NCBI GenBank assembly: GCA_021785355.1
Contig: JAJYFR010000004.1
Location: 7,184-71,183, forward strand
Length of the DNA stretch: 64,000 nucleotides
Source: a bacterium
GTDB taxonomy: Bacteria; Patescibacteriota; Dojkabacteria; JAKAPS01; JAJZLI01
Direction: 5' to 3'
In this document: positions 60,883-64,000 of the stretch, piece after piece
Position numbering within the stretch: the first letter of the stretch is position 1
How the letters are laid out: each line of letters opens with the position of its first letter
Notes under the pieces: model-generated
Told to the model about the DNA's origin: nothing
What the model saw: only the letters and a program-made list of their open reading frames with translations
Database searches by the model: none
Position numbers and translations under genes: made by a program

Positions 60883-60948
60883 AAATATATTATAGCACTT
60901 ATTATTAAGCTATCAGAATATTGACTTATATGCTAAAATCTAACTACT

Positions 60949-62019
60949 ATGAGTGATTATTATGAAATATTAGGTATCTCTAAAGATGCTGACGAGAAAG
61001 AGATAAAAAGAGCATATAGAAAGCTTGCTGGGGAATATCATCCAGATAAGAATAAAGCCTCAGATGCTGATAAAAAATTTAAAGAAATAAATGAAGCTTA
61101 TTCTGTACTTTCAGACCCAGTTAAAAGGCGTAACTACGATCAATTTGGTAATGCAGATTTTTCTTCCGGAGGTGGGCAAGGTTTTTCTGGTGCTGATTTC
61201 GGGGGAGCAAATTTTGGGGGATTTGAAGATATTTTTTCAGATTTTTTTGGTTCAAATTTTAATTTTTCAGGAAATTCTTCTGAGCAAAGAAGTAGAAGTA
61301 ATTCAGGTGAAGATATAGAGCTTATTTTAGAAGTTAATTTAAAAGATGTAATTTTTCCTACAGAAAAAGATATATCTTTTTATGCAATGAGTAAGTGTAG
61401 TTACTGTAATGGTACAGGATCCAAATCTGGAAAAGTAGATACTTGCAATACTTGTAAGGGTTTAGGAAAAGTGCAAAGAGTAACTCAAAGTTTTATTGGA
61501 AATATATCTATGGAAAGCATTTGTCCTACTTGTAAAGGTTCAGGGAAGGTAATAAAAGATAAGTGTAATCATTGTATTGGTTCAGGTAGGATAAAAGAGT
61601 TAAAGAAGATGAAAATAAAAATACCTCAAGGTGCTAGCAATGATACTGTTTTAAAATTTGCAGGATCTGGATCTGCGGGGTTAAATGGAGAAAAGAGTGG
61701 TGATTTATATTTAAACATAAAGATTTTAGAAGATAAGGAATATAAAAGAGAAGGGAATGATCTTCTAGGAACTCTTAATATAGATATCCCTACTGCAGTA
61801 TTAGGAGGAGTAGTAGATGTAAAAACTATTTATGATACTGTAAAATTAAAAATTCCTGCAGGGGTACAGGATGGAGAAAGATTTAAAATTAAAAATAAAG
61901 GGGTGCCTTCTTTACATGGTAGTAGAGTGGGTGATTATATAGTCAAGATAAAGGTTAATATTCCTAAAAAAATCAGCTATAAGGAGAGAGCTTTATATCA
62001 AGAATTAATGAAATTATAG
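60949..62019 (+). CDS. dnaJ: Chaperone DnaJ
   Basis: DYYEILG, HPD, G/F region, four CxxCxGxG repeats. Confidence 0.98.
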   Translation: MSDYYEILGISKDADEKEIKRAYRKLAGEYHPDKNKASDADKKFKEINEAYSVLSDPVKRRNYDQFGNADFSSGGGQGFSGADFGGANFGGFEDIFSDFFGSNFNFSGNSSEQRSRSNSGEDIELILEVNLKDVIFPTEKDISFYAMSKCSYCNGTGSKSGKVDTCNTCKGLGKVQRVTQSFIGNISMESICPTCKGSGKVIKDKCNHCIGSGRIKELKKMKIKIPQGASNDTVLKFAGSGSAGLNGEKSGDLYLNIKILEDKEYKREGNDLLGTLNIDIPTAVLGGVVDVKTIYDTVKLKIPAGVQDGERFKIKNKGVPSLHGSRVGDYIVKIKVNIPKKISYKERALYQELMKL

Positions 62020-62541
62020 ATTTTTAAGCATTAAAAAATCTTCAAAAAGAATTTTTTTCATATTAGGATTATATAATCCTACTGCAGGATGATACATAGG
62101 TATTACTGTATATTGAGAAAGTTTAAATTTTTTTCCATGTATCTCAGATATTTTTTTATCTTTAAAAAAAAGACTCATAGATAATCTACCTAGAGTACAA
62201 ATTATTTTTGGTTTTATAATATCAAATTGTAATTTTAAAAAAGGGGAACATCTCTCTATTTCTATTTCATTAGGATCTCTATTTTCAGGTGGTCTACATT
62301 TTACAATATTTGTTATAAACACATCTTTTCTTGTAAGTTCTATACTTTCAAGCATTGAGTTTAGTAGAGAACCAGATCTTCCACAAAAAGGAATACCATC
62401 TCTATCCTCATTTGCTCCAGGGGCTTCTCCTATAAACATTATTTTAGCCTTAAGACTTCCTTCTCCTGGAACAGCATTATTTCTTGTTTTACATAAATTA
62501 CATTTTGTGCAATTTATAATTTCATTTCTTATACTATCCAT
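62014..62541 (-). CDS. udg: Family-4 uracil-DNA glycosylase
   Basis: CTKCNLC Fe-S ligands, GEAPG, KCRPPENR, YHPA. Confidence 0.93.
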   Translation of the reverse strand: MDSIRNEIINCTKCNLCKTRNNAVPGEGSLKAKIMFIGEAPGANEDRDGIPFCGRSGSLLNSMLESIELTRKDVFITNIVKCRPPENRDPNEIEIERCSPFLKLQFDIIKPKIICTLGRLSMSLFFKDKKISEIHGKKFKLSQYTVIPMYHPAVGLYNPNMKKILFEDFLMLKNL

Positions 62542-63569
62542 TAATATCCAATAGGTAAGAAATTTTTTAAATTCTCTGTGTTAATAGTTACTGTATCTAC
62601 ATGTTCTGTTAATATTTTCTTTGCAACTTTTCTTGCTATATTCATTAAGATTCTTTCTAATTCTCTTATTCCAGCTTCATAACCTAAAGGTCTTATAATA
62701 TCAGACCAAACATCATCATCTATTATGAGTTGTTTATTATTTAAACCAATATTTTTATAAACTTTTGGCATTATATAGTCTTTTGCTATTCTTAATTTTT
62801 CTTCATCTGTATATGAAGAAAATCTTATAATTTCTAATCTATCGAGTAAGGCTGATGATATTGTGCCCAAATTATTTGCAGTCAGAATAAACATTACTTT
62901 TGAAAGGTCAATTGGATAATCAATATAGTGATCTGAGAAAGAATTATTTTGTTCAGGGTCTAATATTTCTAAAAAAGTTGCCATAATAGATGATCTGACT
63001 GAACCATCGTCAGATATTTTATCAAATTCATCAAGAAGAATAACAGGATTATTACTGCCTGCTTTTATTAAAGCCTTAACAATATATCCTGGTTCTGCAT
63101 CAGGATTTACTTTTGATTGACCTCTAATTTCTAATACAGAAGAAAGTCCTCCCAAAGGAATTCTTACAAATTTTCTATTTAATGCTTCTGCAATAGATCT
63201 TGCAATTGTTGTTTTTCCTATACCTTGTAGACCAACAAAGCATAAAATTGGAGCTGGTTGTTCTTTGTTAAAATTCATAGAAGATAGGTATTCTAATATT
63301 CTTTCTTTAACATCTATTATTCCATAATGATTTTTATCTAAAATTTGTTTTGCATTTCCTATATCTAAATTATCAGAAGTACTTTTATTCCAAGGTACTT
63401 TTGTTATGGTATCTATATATTTAGATATAACTTCATAATCTGAGGAATAGCTTTGGAATTTAGAAGCTCTGTCTAATCTTGAAATTAAAGCCTCTATATT
63501 TTCTTTAAGGACAGGCGGTATATATATACTTTCAATTTTTTCTTTTAAATTTTTTATATCATCTATCAT
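62541..63569 (-). CDS. Lon-like AAA+ ATPase module without protease domain
   Basis: LDKNHYG..VKERILEYL, CFVGLQGIGKT, NPVILLDEFDK, LDPEQN..F.DHY, ALLDRLE, GIRELER; stops before any Lon protease domain. Confidence 0.85.
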   Translation of the reverse strand: MIDDIKNLKEKIESIYIPPVLKENIEALISRLDRASKFQSYSSDYEVISKYIDTITKVPWNKSTSDNLDIGNAKQILDKNHYGIIDVKERILEYLSSMNFNKEQPAPILCFVGLQGIGKTTIARSIAEALNRKFVRIPLGGLSSVLEIRGQSKVNPDAEPGYIVKALIKAGSNNPVILLDEFDKISDDGSVRSSIMATFLEILDPEQNNSFSDHYIDYPIDLSKVMFILTANNLGTISSALLDRLEIIRFSSYTDEEKLRIAKDYIMPKVYKNIGLNNKQLIIDDDVWSDIIRPLGYEAGIRELERILMNIARKVAKKILTEHVDTVTINTENLKNFLPIGY

Positions 63570-64000
63570 TTCACTATTTGTCCTATATAATATCCTAGTA
63601 TAGCAGCTATCATTCCAATTATGAGAATCTCTAAAGCATTCTTTATTCTATCTTCTTTTCTATCTGCAGCTTTAAAGAAACCTATAAAAAATAATGATAT
63701 AGCAACTAGCAATATAGAAAATATTACGGCAATATTTGTTTTTAAAAATATGTAGGGTATTGTTGGTATAAGTGCTCCTATAAGGAAAGATATTCCCATA
63801 AATACTGCATCAGTTTTGGGTCTTATGGTTTTTTCAATATCTTCCCCTAATATTAAAGTTGAAGCAATACCTTTTTCTATATCAGGATATTTTGAAAGTA
63901 TTTGAACCATGTTATCCAAATCAGATTTCTCTACTCCTTGATCCTTTAAATTCTTTGATATAAGACTTCCGGCTTTTTCTTTAATATTTTCATCTTCAGT
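63566..64000 (-). CDS. VIT1/CCC1-family transporter (5'-truncated by window edge)
   Basis: Frame open to 64000; AVFMGISFLIGALIPTIPY, SLFFIGFFKA. Confidence 0.8.
   Translation of the reverse strand, partial: TEDENIKEKAGSLISKNLKDQGVEKSDLDNMVQILSKYPDIEKGIASTLILGEDIEKTIRPKTDAVFMGISFLIGALIPTIPYIFLKTNIAVIFSILLVAISLFFIGFFKAADRKEDRIKNALEILIIGMIAAILGYYIGQIVK

Noticed and set aside
60892-60936. Possible CIRCE before dnaJ (ATAGCACTT ... ATATGCTAA)
   Set aside because: The half-sites are not spaced by 9 nt and are explained by the extended -10 boxes of the divergent sortase and dnaJ promoters
6640-61318. Short overlapping ORFs (e.g. 6640..6852, 7532..7744, 9117..9329, 15191..15547, 18389..18766, 27970..28188, 39385..39738, 42719..43096, 45506..45847, 59589..59828, 61091..61318)
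   Set aside because: They lie antisense or out of frame within well-supported genes
1-64000. Alternative genetic code (UGA=Gly, as in Gracilibacteria/Absconditabacteria)
   Set aside because: Conserved genes are full length under code 11, and TGA terminates genes at ATGA overlaps

Overview
Very AT-rich bacterial chromosome segment (roughly 25% GC, estimated by eye) using standard code 11: TGA acts as stop at ATGA gene junctions such as 22676-22679, 23101-23104 and 31070-31073. It contains the replication origin (dnaA-oriC-dnaN). Gene content points to a Patescibacteria/CPR genome, probably Microgenomates/Dojkabacteria/WWE3-like (inference). The supporting features are many type IV pilin genes, a PilM-PilN fusion, PrgI-VirB4 modules without a relaxase, a protease-less Lon AAA module, a short HrcA and an orphan solute-binding protein. 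From left to right the window holds: a >1260-aa Gly-hairpin membrane protein missed by the ORF track, behind a VirB6-like gene; trmD/trxA; a major pilin plus an apparently uncleavable paralog; dnaA, oriC (11-bp-phased DnaA boxes and DnaA-trios) and dnaN; dciA and wecA-like genes; CIRCE-hrcA-grpE-dnaK; a pentose-phosphate cluster led by a cyclase-family hydrolase; a HopA1-like protein; rpmH-rnpA-yidC; a type IV pilus operon interrupted by a GGDEF/NDH-2/AAA block; two paralogous VirB4 (T4SS-like) modules bracketing a small-partner plus 996-aa candidate effector pair; a sortase cassette; and dnaJ, udg, Lon-AAA and VIT1. No rRNA, tRNA, CRISPR array, integrase or transposase was recognised. The best candidate for an undescribed system is the dual minimal VirB4 secretion locus with its candidate effector/chaperone pair (46.5-58.3 kb), possibly working with the VirB6 plus giant hairpin-protein operon at 1-6 kb.
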